From: Sphingomonadaceae bacterium
Lineage (GTDB): Bacteria; Pseudomonadota; Alphaproteobacteria; Sphingomonadales; Sphingomonadaceae
Reading direction: 5' to 3'
DNA length: 64,000 nucleotides
Assembly (NCBI GenBank): GCA_035497315.1
Contig: DATJDU010000097.1
Span: 13,548-77,547, forward strand
Shown: positions 44,382 to 54,654 of the stretch, in pieces
How positions within the stretch are numbered: the stretch's first letter is position 1
Layout of the letters: every line of letters starts with the position of its first letter
Made by a program: the position numbers and the translations under genes
Notes under the pieces: model-generated
What the model saw: the letters and a program-made list of their open reading frames with translations, nothing else
The model's database searches: none
Told to the model about the DNA's origin: nothing

Positions 44382-45530
44382 TCACGCAGGCAGGTTGAAC
44401 ACCTTGCGGGCATTGCCTTCCATCAGCATCTTCTTGTGCTCGTCGCTGATCGACAGGCGATCATAGGCGGCCACTTCGTCGCTCGACTGCTGATAGGGAT
44501 AGTCCATCGCATAGAGCACGCGTTCCGGCCCCAGCACATCCATGCAGAATTTGATTCCCGGCTCCCAGCCCACGCCGCTGGTGGTCACCCAGATATTGTT
44601 GCGGAAATAATGGCTGACCGGGTGCCTGAGCTTCACCGGCGGCTGGCCGCCGCGCAGCCCGGCGCGGTTGTCGGCATTCCCCTGCATCCAGTCGAAGCGA
44701 TAGAGGTGCAGCGGCAGGCATTCGCCCAGATGGCCGATCACCAGTTTCAGTTTCGGGAAGCGGTCGAAAGCGCCGGAGAAGATCAGGCCCATCGTGTGCA
44801 GCCAGACATCGTGCGGGAAGCCGCCCAGCGCGCCGAAGAAGCCGCGCGTTTCGTAATGCGGGGCGTTGAAGGGCGCGGTGGGGTGGATATAGAGCGCCCC
44901 GTCATGCGCCTCCAGCGCTTCCAGGATCGGCCAGTAATCCTGCTCGTCGATATAATGGCCCCGCCAGTGCGAATTGAGCACCGCGCCGCTGAGCTTCAAC
45001 TCGCCCAGCGCCCGGTCCAGTTCCCTCACCGATCCGGCCACGTCGCGCGGATCGAAGGCGGCGAGGGCGGAGAAACGATCCGGATGACGGGCGCAGGCAT
45101 CGGCGGCGATGTCGTTCGCTTCGCGTGACAAGGGCGTGCCTTCGCCGGGCTTCACCACCTGTACGCCGGGCGCGGTGAGCAACAGCAATTGCCGGTCGAT
45201 CCCGAATTCGTCCATGTGGGACAGGCGCAGATCGCCCAGATCCTGCAGCATTTCCTGCAAGCTGGGCATGCGGGCGAACAGGCCCGCCATCTTCAGGGAA
45301 TCGTCTTCCGGTGCGGCGCCGCTCTGCAGATATTTCATCTGCGCATTGACCAGCGCCGGGAAGGTCCAGGCTTCTTCCGTGGCGATGCGTTTATAGGGTG
45401 CATTGCGGTTGATATGACCGGCGCGGGGGGCCAGGCCGATCCGGGTCCTGACGCTGAAGTCTTCCTCGAAATGGCCCTTCAGGCCCTTTTCGCTACCATC
45501 CGACAAAAGCGCCATTGCCTCTTCCCCCAA
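44382..45530 (-). CDS. Amidohydrolase_2/ACMSD-family non-oxidative decarboxylase, LigW (5-carboxyvanillate decarboxylase)-like
   Basis: RIATEEAWTFP, LLLLTAPGVQ, ALYIHP, LKLVIGHLGECLP, YAMDYPYQ align with the LigW/gamma-resorcylate decarboxylase blocks I recall. It has a ~45-aa N-terminal extension relative to LigW. Confidence 0.82.
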   Translation of the reverse strand: MGEEAMALLSDGSEKGLKGHFEEDFSVRTRIGLAPRAGHINRNAPYKRIATEEAWTFPALVNAQMKYLQSGAAPEDDSLKMAGLFARMPSLQEMLQDLGDLRLSHMDEFGIDRQLLLLTAPGVQVVKPGEGTPLSREANDIAADACARHPDRFSALAAFDPRDVAGSVRELDRALGELKLSGAVLNSHWRGHYIDEQDYWPILEALEAHDGALYIHPTAPFNAPHYETRGFFGALGGFPHDVWLHTMGLIFSGAFDRFPKLKLVIGHLGECLPLHLYRFDWMQGNADNRAGLRGGQPPVKLRHPVSHYFRNNIWVTTSGVGWEPGIKFCMDVLGPERVLYAMDYPYQQSSDEVAAYDRLSISDEHKKMLMEGNARKVFNLPA

Positions 45531-45549
45531 TAGCCGGCCTTTGCACCGG

Positions 45550-45972
45550 TCAGAACATTCCGTTATCGTTGCGCGCCGTTTCGGGCACTTCCTGCATCAC
45601 GTCCCAATGTTCGACGACATAACCGCCCCTGATCCGCAGGATATCTACCACTGCATATCCGCGCTCGTCCTTCCTGCGGCGGAAATGGTGGTGGACCATC
45701 ACCAGCCCCTCGCCATCCTTCTCTTCGCCGAAGATGACGCGCTTCACATCATGCGTAAGATCCGGATTGTTGCGCACGGCGGCGGCCAGCACTTCCAGCG
45801 TCGCATCGCGCCCGGTGGGGGCGTTGGGATTGTGCTGGATATAGTCGGGATGCACCCAGGCGAGGAAGGCGTCGGTCGGGTTGTCCTGATGGTGGAACAG
45901 TTCGATAAACCGTTCCGCCACTTCGCGAACGGAGAGGTTTTCCCGGTTGGAAGTATCCCTCGGATCGACCAT
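45550..45972 (-). CDS. SnoaL-like NTF2-fold protein (cytoplasmic paralog)
   Basis: 140 aa. WVHPDYIQHNPNAPTGRDA...VVEHWDVMQEVPETARNDNGMF. Paralogous to the adjacent gene. Confidence 0.75.
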   Translation of the reverse strand: MVDPRDTSNRENLSVREVAERFIELFHHQDNPTDAFLAWVHPDYIQHNPNAPTGRDATLEVLAAAVRNNPDLTHDVKRVIFGEEKDGEGLVMVHHHFRRRKDERGYAVVDILRIRGGYVVEHWDVMQEVPETARNDNGMF

Positions 45973-45987
45973 CGCCTTCTCTCCCGT

Positions 45988-46464
45988 TCAGAACATCCCG
46001 TTATTATTGGCGCTCTTGGCGGGCACGGGCTGTACCACGTCCCAATGTTCCACGATCTTGCAATTCTCCACGCGGAAGATGTCCACCACCGCGGAGGGGA
46101 CAGCGTCCGGATTGAAGCGCGCTTCATTATGCACGGCCACCAGATCGCCATCGGCGATTACCCGGTGGACGATATAGCGCGCCTGCGGGTTCGCATCGAA
46201 GAAAGGTTGCAGGAAACCCACCGCCGCATCGCGCCCGGTGGCGGCGAAGGGGTTGTGGTTGATGTAATCGGGATGGACCCAGCGGTCGAATGCCACCTTC
46301 GCATTACGCTGCTCGAAGAACAGCGGAATGAACTCGTCCAGCACTTCGCGCGCGCTCATGGTGCAGGGCGCATCGGACTGCGGGGCTTCCGCTGCCGAGG
46401 CCGGGGTGGAGGCCATGGCGGAGGCCAGCGCCCCCGCCAGAATGGTCGCGAGGGCGCTGCGCAT
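45988..46464 (-). CDS. SnoaL-like NTF2-fold protein with Sec signal peptide (periplasmic paralog)
   Basis: MRSALATILAGALASAMASTPASAAEAP signal, then WVHPDYINHNPFAATGRDA...IVEHWDVVQPVPAKSANNNGMF. The start overlaps the upstream stop (TGATG). Confidence 0.75.
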   Translation of the reverse strand: MRSALATILAGALASAMASTPASAAEAPQSDAPCTMSAREVLDEFIPLFFEQRNAKVAFDRWVHPDYINHNPFAATGRDAAVGFLQPFFDANPQARYIVHRVIADGDLVAVHNEARFNPDAVPSAVVDIFRVENCKIVEHWDVVQPVPAKSANNNGMF

Positions 46465-47162
46465 CACTTCTTCTCCTGCCCGGCCAGAATCGAGCCGAAC
46501 TTCGGATGGGCGAAGTGCATCGGCACATCCTGGCGATAGGGCCAGGTCTGGCGATGCTGGTCGGCGGGCAGCAGTACGTCGGGGCCCAGCGGATCCTCGG
46601 GGAAGGTCTTCTCGGCCGGCTGGAGATGCGCAGTGGTATGCGCCCAGCCTTCTTCGTAATTGCCCTGCCATTGCATCATGTAGTCCAGCCGCTTGATCTT
46701 CCAGATCCCGTCGACCTTCACATAGTCGTTTTCATAGATGCCGGCTTCCAGGAACTGCTGGGGCATCATCTCTTCTTTGGTTTCCAGGAAGTCGTCATGC
46801 CAGCCGCCCAGCAGAATGCCGTGGAAGCGGCCCTTGGCGGTCTGCCGGTCAGGCGCGACGGTGATGATGTCCTGCATCTGGAAATGATCGAGCAGCAAGC
46901 CGTTGACGGGGCCCGGGCGCCCGCCGGTGAAGCGGCCCGCGATCCAGTCCCCATACAGGCGCTTCACGCCCGCATGGCCGACATATTCGCCCGACAGGAA
47001 GATCACCGCGCCATCTTCGGCAAACAGATCGGCCACTTCGTCCGGGCGGTTGAAATCGATGTAATAGCCATAGGCCCAATGTAGCCGCCGGATCGCCTGC
47101 ACATCCTCCAGCACACCAACCTTGTGCTCAAGCTCCGCCAGACGGGCTTCCACATCGCTCAT
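46464..47162 (-). CDS. NTF2-fold (SnoaL_4-like) protein, 232 aa
   Basis: LEDVQAIRRLHWAYGYYIDFNRPDEVADLFAEDG...GIWKIKRL is typical of the larger SnoaL-like family found in catabolic clusters. Confidence 0.75.
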   Translation of the reverse strand: MSDVEARLAELEHKVGVLEDVQAIRRLHWAYGYYIDFNRPDEVADLFAEDGAVIFLSGEYVGHAGVKRLYGDWIAGRFTGGRPGPVNGLLLDHFQMQDIITVAPDRQTAKGRFHGILLGGWHDDFLETKEEMMPQQFLEAGIYENDYVKVDGIWKIKRLDYMMQWQGNYEEGWAHTTAHLQPAEKTFPEDPLGPDVLLPADQHRQTWPYRQDVPMHFAHPKFGSILAGQEKK

Positions 47163-47181
47163 TTGCTCTCTCCCAATTTGC

Positions 47182-47211
47182 TTGGCAGACGTTACTAACG
47201 ACCGTGATAAT
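47182..47211 (+). promoter_or_regulatory. Sigma70-like promoter for the LigD-like SDR gene
   Basis: TTGGCA-N18-GATAAT, with the -10 hexamer ending 22 nt upstream of the ATG at 47234. Confidence 0.4.
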
Positions 47212-47233
47212 TTTGGCGAGAGGATTTTCAGAC

Positions 47234-48163
47234 ATGAGCAACGCGGAAAGGCCCTGGGAGGGCCGGGTGGCTTTCATCACCGGCGCGGTCACGGGCATCG
47301 GCCTGGGTGTGGCGCAGGCATTCGCCGATGCGGGGATGCGGCTGGCACTGTCCTATCGCAACGAGGACGACAAGGCGCGCGCGGCCGAATGGTTCGCGGC
47401 AAAGGGCTATGAACAGCCGCTGTTCCTCAAGCTCGACGTGACCGACCGGGCCCGCTTCGCCGAAGTGGCACAGCAGGTGGTCGACCATTTCGGCGAGGTC
47501 CATGTGCTGGTGAACAATGCGGGCGTTTCGGTCTTCGGGCCGACTGACGAGGCAAGTTATGACGATTATGACTGGATCATGGGCGTCAATTTCGGCGGGG
47601 TGGTGAACGGGCTTGTTTCCTTCCTGCCGAAGATCAAGGCCAGCCATGGCCGCCGCCATGTGGTGAATATCGCCAGCATGGCTGCCTTCCTCCCCGGTCC
47701 GCAGGCGGGGATATACACCGCCAGCAAATTCGCCGTGCGCGGGCTGACCGAGAGCCTTCGCTACAATCTGGCGCCGCACAAGATCGGCTGTTCGCTGTGC
47801 TGCCCCGCGCTCACCCGCACCAATGCCTGGAGCAGCGCATTGAAGCGCCCCGAGGGCTTTGGCACCAGCGGCTTTCCCGACGTGGCCAAAAGCGAACTGG
47901 AACAGTTCGGCACTGCCTTCGAAGAAGGGATGGACCCCTATGAGGTGGGCACCAAGATCCTTGCCGGTATGACTGAGCAGCGGGGCCTGATCCTGACCCA
48001 TCCCGAACATGGCCCCGATTTCGAGGAAATCCACGAGGCCACTATGGCCGCCCTGCCGGTGGAGGAAGCACCCGCCGGGCGCCTCAAGATCGAGCAGTTG
48101 CGCCGCGATGCGATGAAGGCGGCGGAGGAGGGGCTGATCATCCGCCTCGATGATCTGACGTAA
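47234..48163 (+). CDS. SDR family oxidoreductase, LigD/LigL/LigN (C-alpha-dehydrogenase)-like
   Basis: VAFITGAVTGIG, NNAGVSVFGPTDEASYDDYDWIMGVNFGGVVNGLVSFLPKI, YTASKFAVRGLTESL and the ~60-aa C-terminal extension parallel SYK-6 LigD as I recall it. Confidence 0.82.
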   Translation: MSNAERPWEGRVAFITGAVTGIGLGVAQAFADAGMRLALSYRNEDDKARAAEWFAAKGYEQPLFLKLDVTDRARFAEVAQQVVDHFGEVHVLVNNAGVSVFGPTDEASYDDYDWIMGVNFGGVVNGLVSFLPKIKASHGRRHVVNIASMAAFLPGPQAGIYTASKFAVRGLTESLRYNLAPHKIGCSLCCPALTRTNAWSSALKRPEGFGTSGFPDVAKSELEQFGTAFEEGMDPYEVGTKILAGMTEQRGLILTHPEHGPDFEEIHEATMAALPVEEAPAGRLKIEQLRRDAMKAAEEGLIIRLDDLT

Positions 48164-48286
48164 TCGCGCCTTCTGCCTGCCGGTGCCGCATTGGGCATTG
48201 GCAGGCCCGGACAAAAACAACATAGTGGCGGCGATCCGGCGGGGCATCGTCCACCGGCCGGACGGGAGAAGTTAAGGAGAGAATCG

Positions 48287-49168
48287 ATGTGCGATGATTT
48301 CACGGCCCTGGCCGATGATGCCACGTTGGCGAAGCGCGGCCTCAGCCGCAGGGATTTCGCGGCGATCAGTGCGGCAGCGATGGGGACCCTTACCGTAAGC
48401 ACAGCCTGCGCAGCCCAGAGCGAGGGCCCGGCGCTGACCGAATCGACCGTCACCATCACTACGCCCGACGGGAAGATGGATGCTTTCTTCGTCCATCCGA
48501 CAGAAGGCAAGCACCCCGCCGTCATCATGTATCCCGACATTGCGGGCCTGCGCGATGCCTATAAGGTCATGGCCCGCACGCTGGCCGCATCGGGCTATGC
48601 AGTGGTGGCCGTGAACCATTATTACCGCAGCGCCAAGGCGCCGGTGATGAATACCATTTCCGAATTCTTCGCCCCCGAAGGGCGGGAGAAGCTGGGGCCG
48701 ATGATGGCTAAGCTGACCGTTCCCGCGATCGTCAGCGATGCGAAGGCGATCGTCGCCTGGCTCGACCAGAACCCCGCCGTGGATACGGCCAGGAAGATCG
48801 CGGCGGAAGGCTATTGCATGACCGGCTCCTATGCGGTGCGCACCGCTGCCGCCGTGCCGGACCGGGTCGGCGCGGTCAGTTCCTTCCACGGTGGCGGCCT
48901 TGTGACGCCGGCGCCGGACAGCCCGCACAAGATGCTGAAGGGCACCAAGGCGCTATACCTCTTCGCCGTCGCCCAGAATGACGACAAGCGCAGCCCTGAC
49001 GACAAGGTGGCTCTGCGGCACGCAGCGGAAGATGCGGGTGTGGGTGCGAAGGTGGAAGTCTTTGCAGCGGACCATGGCTGGTGCACCGTGGATTCGGCCG
49101 CTTACAACAAGGTCGAAGCCGAACGGGCGCGCACGCTTTCGCTGTGGAATTACGGCAAGATGGGCTGA
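48287..49168 (+). CDS. Dienelactone hydrolase family protein with twin-arginine (Tat) signal
   Basis: LSRRDFAAISAAAMG Tat motif. DAFFVHP...PAVIMYPDIAGLR...GYCMTGSY...DHGW are DLH family blocks. An AAGGAGAG SD lies upstream of the ATG at 48287. Confidence 0.85.
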   Translation: MCDDFTALADDATLAKRGLSRRDFAAISAAAMGTLTVSTACAAQSEGPALTESTVTITTPDGKMDAFFVHPTEGKHPAVIMYPDIAGLRDAYKVMARTLAASGYAVVAVNHYYRSAKAPVMNTISEFFAPEGREKLGPMMAKLTVPAIVSDAKAIVAWLDQNPAVDTARKIAAEGYCMTGSYAVRTAAAVPDRVGAVSSFHGGGLVTPAPDSPHKMLKGTKALYLFAVAQNDDKRSPDDKVALRHAAEDAGVGAKVEVFAADHGWCTVDSAAYNKVEAERARTLSLWNYGKMG

Positions 49169-49196
49169 TCGGGCCTTTCGCCAGTCAGCCTTCGAA

Positions 49197-49237
49197 ACAG
49201 GCCCCGTCGCACTTTGTGAGGCGGGGCCTGTTCTTTC
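49197..49237 (+). terminator. Probable intrinsic terminator after the DLH gene
   Basis: ACAGGCCCCG-15 nt loop-CGGGGCCTGT followed by TCTTTCC (weak U tract). Confidence 0.55.
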
Positions 49238-49246
49238 CTGGTCCTC

Positions 49247-49276
49247 TCGTCACTCCAGCGAAAGCTGGGGTCTCAG
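49247..49276. repeat. Solo arm of the TCGTCAT...CAG REP/MITE-like family
   Basis: TCGTCACTCCAGCGAAAGCTGGGGTCTCAG has the same architecture as the arm at 58748 (TCGTCATTCCCGCGAAGGCGGGAATCCAG), including the internal GAAxG-loop mini-hairpin. Confidence 0.45.
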
Positions 49277-49279
49277 GCC

Positions 49280-50263
49280 TCAACGCAGATTCTTGCGCTC
49301 GATCGTCACTTCCGGATCGCCGCACAATCCGCAGTCTTTGCCGATGAAGCTCTTCGCGGCCTTCTGGTTGCCGCGTAATTGCCATTCCAGCCAGTCCACC
49401 GCGATCCGTGCGCCCTTGCCGCCCATTGGTTCGTGATAGGTGCCGCCGTGGCCCTTGGGCAAATTCACCATCACGGCGGGTACGTGGTTGATGTGCTCGA
49501 AATCGTCCTTGCCATTGGCATAGGCGATGTCGGTCGGCCCGCCCTGGATATAGATTACCGGCGTGTGAATCTTCGCCAGCGCGCTCTTGGGCAGTTCCAT
49601 GCCGGGAATGCCGAGCGAGGGATCGGTCAGAAGCCCGCTGTTCTGGATCACCAGCGTGTCGAGACGCGGATCGGGCGCGATCTCCAGCGCCTGAATGCCG
49701 CCGCAGCTGAAGCCGCCCGCTGCAATCGCCTTCTCGTCGATCAGGCCGTCATAGCGGCTGCCGCTGCGTGCATTTTCCGCCAGCGCCCAGTCCAGAGCGC
49801 TGGTGAGGTCAGCAGCCTTGGTGGGGGGCGGGGGATAGGAACCATCGGCATTGCGCCCGCGCGGCGGGGCCTTCGGATCGTGCGCATTGGGGCCGCTGCG
49901 CCATTTGCCGGGCGCGATCACCAGATAGCCATAGGATGCGATCTGCGAGAGATGCAGGCGCGAACTGGTGGCATCGTCGGCACAGGCGCCATTGCCCCAG
50001 ACGAACAGCCCCAGCTTGCCCTTGCCCACTTTGGACAAATCCGCCGGGCGGTAGATCACATGATCGGGCAGGGATGGATCGACTTCGATCAGCGAGGGGA
50101 AGGGGCCGTCACCTGGCGTATCGGGTACTTTGTCCCGCTCTGCCTCGAGCCGGGCCTCGTCGGCTGGTGCGGTTTGTGCGGTTTGTGCAGCGGCCTGCGC
50201 CACCATGCCCGCCGCCGCCAGCATGGCCAGAACCCCAGCCAGATAATTCGCTTTCCTGTGCAT
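49280..50263 (-). CDS. Secreted alpha/beta hydrolase (putative esterase)
   Basis: Signal MHRKANYLAGVLAMLAAAGMVAQAAAQ and nucleophile-elbow-like GGFSCGG, 327 aa. Family assignment is only to fold level. Confidence 0.72.
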   Translation of the reverse strand: MHRKANYLAGVLAMLAAAGMVAQAAAQTAQTAPADEARLEAERDKVPDTPGDGPFPSLIEVDPSLPDHVIYRPADLSKVGKGKLGLFVWGNGACADDATSSRLHLSQIASYGYLVIAPGKWRSGPNAHDPKAPPRGRNADGSYPPPPTKAADLTSALDWALAENARSGSRYDGLIDEKAIAAGGFSCGGIQALEIAPDPRLDTLVIQNSGLLTDPSLGIPGMELPKSALAKIHTPVIYIQGGPTDIAYANGKDDFEHINHVPAVMVNLPKGHGGTYHEPMGGKGARIAVDWLEWQLRGNQKAAKSFIGKDCGLCGDPEVTIERKNLR

Positions 50264-50289
50264 CGTTCTCCCCTTCTTTTCTTGCGATC

Positions 50290-51117
50290 CTATTCGAACC
50301 AATAGGCCATTCCCCGCATCTCAAGGCTGACTCGCGCGGGCGCGTCCAAGTCTGCCAGTGGATTGTCGAAGGCGCCATGTGGCATCAGCCGGGCGCGCTC
50401 TGGGTCGCTCTCGCTGGTCTTGAACACGATGGCCTCGTCGGGCCGCATGTCGCTGTAATAATACCAGCGATGGGCCGGATTATGCCGGATGACGTAATTG
50501 CCGAAGCTCCATTCGGGCGAACCGTCCGGCGGATCGAAGATCGCCAGACAGTCGATCAGATCGGCACCTTCGTCCACGCTGGGCCAGGCGCAAAGGGCCA
50601 GCGGCACGTCCTGCGGGGGAGCGGAAAGCACCCGCCAGACGTTGTATTGCGCGCTGCGGACGATCTTGCGGCCGCCGGTGATGTCTGGCCCGGGCGCGCT
50701 CTGGTCGCGGGCCGCCGCTGCTGCCGATACCGACATGTCGACATGGGCGAAGCGGGCCGGGTGGGAATTGTCGGTGCTGCCGGTCTGGCCGCTGCGTTCC
50801 GAATAGCGCAGGATGCCACGCGGCATCATCGCGATGTGGTCGGCGCCGGTGACATCCTTCAACAATTGCTCGATCTCGCCGGCATGGACGCGGGCGATGG
50901 CGTCCATGTCAGTCAGGTCGGGCAGGGCGCTGGCATGGCTGACAAGGATGAAGCCCTCGCGGTCGAGCGAGGTGTCCATTCCGCGCGCATCCGCGATCTC
51001 CACTTCCACCGGGGCGAGCGGGACATAGTCCTTCTCATGGGCGTTGGCGTAGAAATAAGGCTGCCTGCCGGTATCTTCGGTATAACCGATTGCCGCACGC
51101 ACGCTCCCGCCTGCCAT
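50290..51117 (-). CDS. CmcJ/NvfI-like oxidoreductase family protein (tentative)
   Basis: 275 aa. The overall pattern (HPARFAHVD..., NVWRVL..., RVSLEMR) resembles the CmcJ/NvfI family as I recall it. Not verified. Confidence 0.6.
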   Translation of the reverse strand: MAGGSVRAAIGYTEDTGRQPYFYANAHEKDYVPLAPVEVEIADARGMDTSLDREGFILVSHASALPDLTDMDAIARVHAGEIEQLLKDVTGADHIAMMPRGILRYSERSGQTGSTDNSHPARFAHVDMSVSAAAAARDQSAPGPDITGGRKIVRSAQYNVWRVLSAPPQDVPLALCAWPSVDEGADLIDCLAIFDPPDGSPEWSFGNYVIRHNPAHRWYYYSDMRPDEAIVFKTSESDPERARLMPHGAFDNPLADLDAPARVSLEMRGMAYWFE

Positions 51118-51152
51118 ATGTCCCGCTTCCTCTCCGTTACGGCGCGCCGCCC

Positions 51153-52139
51153 CTAGGCGAAGTCTTCCGTGTCGATCGTCGGCCGGATCGCATCGTGATA
51201 GCGATGGCCGGCCACGGTCTGTTGGTTGATCAAGGCATCCGCCCGGTCAAGCACATCCTGCGAAATGGCCACGCTGGCGGCGTTGTAATTGTCTTCCAGA
51301 TGCTGGAGATTGGTGGTGCCGGGAATGACATGGATATTGTCGCCGCGGCTCAGCACCCAGCGATTGGCCAGTTGCCCCGGCGTCACGCCAGCTTCGGCGG
51401 CAAGAGCGGCGAATTGCTCGATCAGCGCCAGATTCTTCGGCCAGTTTTCTGAATTGAAGCGCGGCATCTGGATGCGCAGATCGCCGGTTTCCAATGTCGC
51501 CGGGTCCTTCAGCACGCCGCCCAGTGCACCGCGGCCCACAGGGGAGAATGCCACCAGTGCGATATCCAGTTCCTTGCAAGTGTCGAGCACGCCCAGTTCG
51601 ACATTGCGGGTCCACAGCGAATATTCGGTCTGCACCGCGCCCATCGGATGGACTGCATGTGCCTCGCGAATGTGTGCGGAACTCCATTCGGATACACCAT
51701 AGGCGCCGATCTTGCCCGCATCGATCGCGTCTTTCATCGCGCCAACGGAATCCGCGATGGGCACCTTGGGATCGAAGCGGTGCATGTAATAAAGGTCGAT
51801 ATGGTCGGTTTCGAGCAGCTTGAGGCTGGTCTCGATGGCGGCAGCGATCGCCTCGGGACTGCAATCGACGCCGCGCTTGGGGCCTTCCACCACGATGCCG
51901 CATTTGGATGCGAGGAAGAACTCATTGCGGCGGCCCTTCAGGGCAGAGGCGATCAGCGCCTCATTCTTGCCCGCGCCATAGATGCGCGCCGTGTCGAGAT
52001 GGTCATAGCCAAGGTCCAGCGCCCGGTTGAGCAGCTTCACGCCGTCTTCATGGCTGGGCGGAGTGCCATAGGCCCAGGACAGGTTCATGCAGCCGAGGCC
52101 GACGGGATGGACGGAGCGGTTTGCCAGTTGGCGCTTCAT
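51153..52139 (-). CDS. Aldo/keto reductase
   Basis: GLGCMNLSWAYG, LDTARIYG, IDLYYMHRFDP, GVSEWS, VQTEYSLW, IPGTTNLQHLEDN are classical AKR blocks. Confidence 0.9.
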   Translation of the reverse strand: MKRQLANRSVHPVGLGCMNLSWAYGTPPSHEDGVKLLNRALDLGYDHLDTARIYGAGKNEALIASALKGRRNEFFLASKCGIVVEGPKRGVDCSPEAIAAAIETSLKLLETDHIDLYYMHRFDPKVPIADSVGAMKDAIDAGKIGAYGVSEWSSAHIREAHAVHPMGAVQTEYSLWTRNVELGVLDTCKELDIALVAFSPVGRGALGGVLKDPATLETGDLRIQMPRFNSENWPKNLALIEQFAALAAEAGVTPGQLANRWVLSRGDNIHVIPGTTNLQHLEDNYNAASVAISQDVLDRADALINQQTVAGHRYHDAIRPTIDTEDFA

Positions 52140-52308
52140 GGATTTCCTCGTCACGAGCTTTGGAGCGGGGCGCGTGTCGGCCCCCAGATGCAAGACACGG
52201 GCCCGAACGGGTGAACCGCCGAGCCCGTGCCTGTGTTTAGTCCGGGCTGCGTCATTCGCAACCGGCACCGCGCAGTTTCGCAAGGAAATCGGCGCGGCGG
52301 GGATAGTC

Positions 52309-53265
52309 TCAGGACCAGCCGTCCTGCGCTTCCAGGCTGGCGGCCAGTTCGCCGATCACGCGATAGCAATCGAGCACGCTGGCGACCGAGGAATTGGGTT
52401 CACGTCCTTCGCGGATCGCGGCGATGAATTCGCGGTCCTGCAGCTCGATGCCATTGTTCGACACAGTGACGCCGGTCAGGTCGATCGGTTCTTCCTTGCC
52501 GGTGACGAGATCGTCATAGCGCGCGATATAGGTCGCATTGTCGCCGATATAGCGGAAGAAGGTACCCAGCGGGCCGTCATTGTTGAACGACAGCGAGAGC
52601 GTGCAGATCGCGCCGCTTTCGCTCTTGAGCTGGATCGACATGTCCATCGCGATGCCCAGTTCAGGGTGCTTGGGCCCCTGGATGGCATTGGCGGTAACGA
52701 TCTTGCCCGCCTGATAGGCGAACAGATCGATCGTGTGGGCCGCATGGTGCCACAACAGATGGTCGGTCCAGCTGCGAGCCTCGCCCTTGGCGTTCATATT
52801 CTTGCGGCGGAAGAAATAGGTCTGCACATCCATCTGCTGGATATTCAGCTCGCCCGCCACGATCTTGTTGTGAACATATTGGTGGCTCGGATTGAAGCGG
52901 CGGGTGTGGCCCACCATGCAGACGAGACCTGTTTCCTGCTGCTTTTTGACCACTGCTTCGGCATCGGCCCAGCTGTCGGACAGGGGAATTTCCACCTGGA
53001 CATGCTTGCCCGCTTCCATGCAGGCGATTGCCTGCTCGGCGTGCATCTGGGTTGGAGTGCACAGGATCACTGCGTCCACGTCGTCACGCTCCAGCGCTTC
53101 GGACAATTCGGTGCCCGAATGTTTGGCGCCATATTTGGCGGCCACTTCCGCAGCCTGTTCGGCGCGCCGGGAAATGATCGAGGTGATTTCGACGCCGTCG
53201 ATATTCTTCAGGCCATCGAGGTGCTTTTCACCAAAGGCGCCGGCGCCGGCGAGTGCAATGCGCAT
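52309..53265 (-). CDS. ligC: 4-carboxy-2-hydroxymuconate-6-semialdehyde dehydrogenase (Gfo/Idh/MocA family)
   Basis: MRIALAGAGAFGEKHLDGLKNIDGVEI...MVGHTRRFNPSHQY...WTDHLLWHHAAHT...IELQDREFIAAIREGREPNSSV is near-identical in blocks to SYK-6 LigC as recalled. It lies directly downstream of ligB. Confidence 0.93.
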   Translation of the reverse strand: MRIALAGAGAFGEKHLDGLKNIDGVEITSIISRRAEQAAEVAAKYGAKHSGTELSEALERDDVDAVILCTPTQMHAEQAIACMEAGKHVQVEIPLSDSWADAEAVVKKQQETGLVCMVGHTRRFNPSHQYVHNKIVAGELNIQQMDVQTYFFRRKNMNAKGEARSWTDHLLWHHAAHTIDLFAYQAGKIVTANAIQGPKHPELGIAMDMSIQLKSESGAICTLSLSFNNDGPLGTFFRYIGDNATYIARYDDLVTGKEEPIDLTGVTVSNNGIELQDREFIAAIREGREPNSSVASVLDCYRVIGELAASLEAQDGWS

Positions 53266-53323
53266 GGGTCTTTTCTCCAAAATTCTCGTCGTCCCGGGTT
53301 TGGACCGGGACGACGTGTAACAA

Positions 53324-54650
<1,327 letters not shown>

Positions 54651-54654
<4 letters not shown>

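Noticed and set aside
47183-47198. Sigma54-type promoter (TGGCAG...TTAC) upstream of the LigD-like SDR.
   Set aside because: The GG-to-GC spacing is 2 nt too short and the -12 element is TTAC rather than TTGC. The same sequence fits a sigma70 TTGGCA-N18-GATAAT promoter better.
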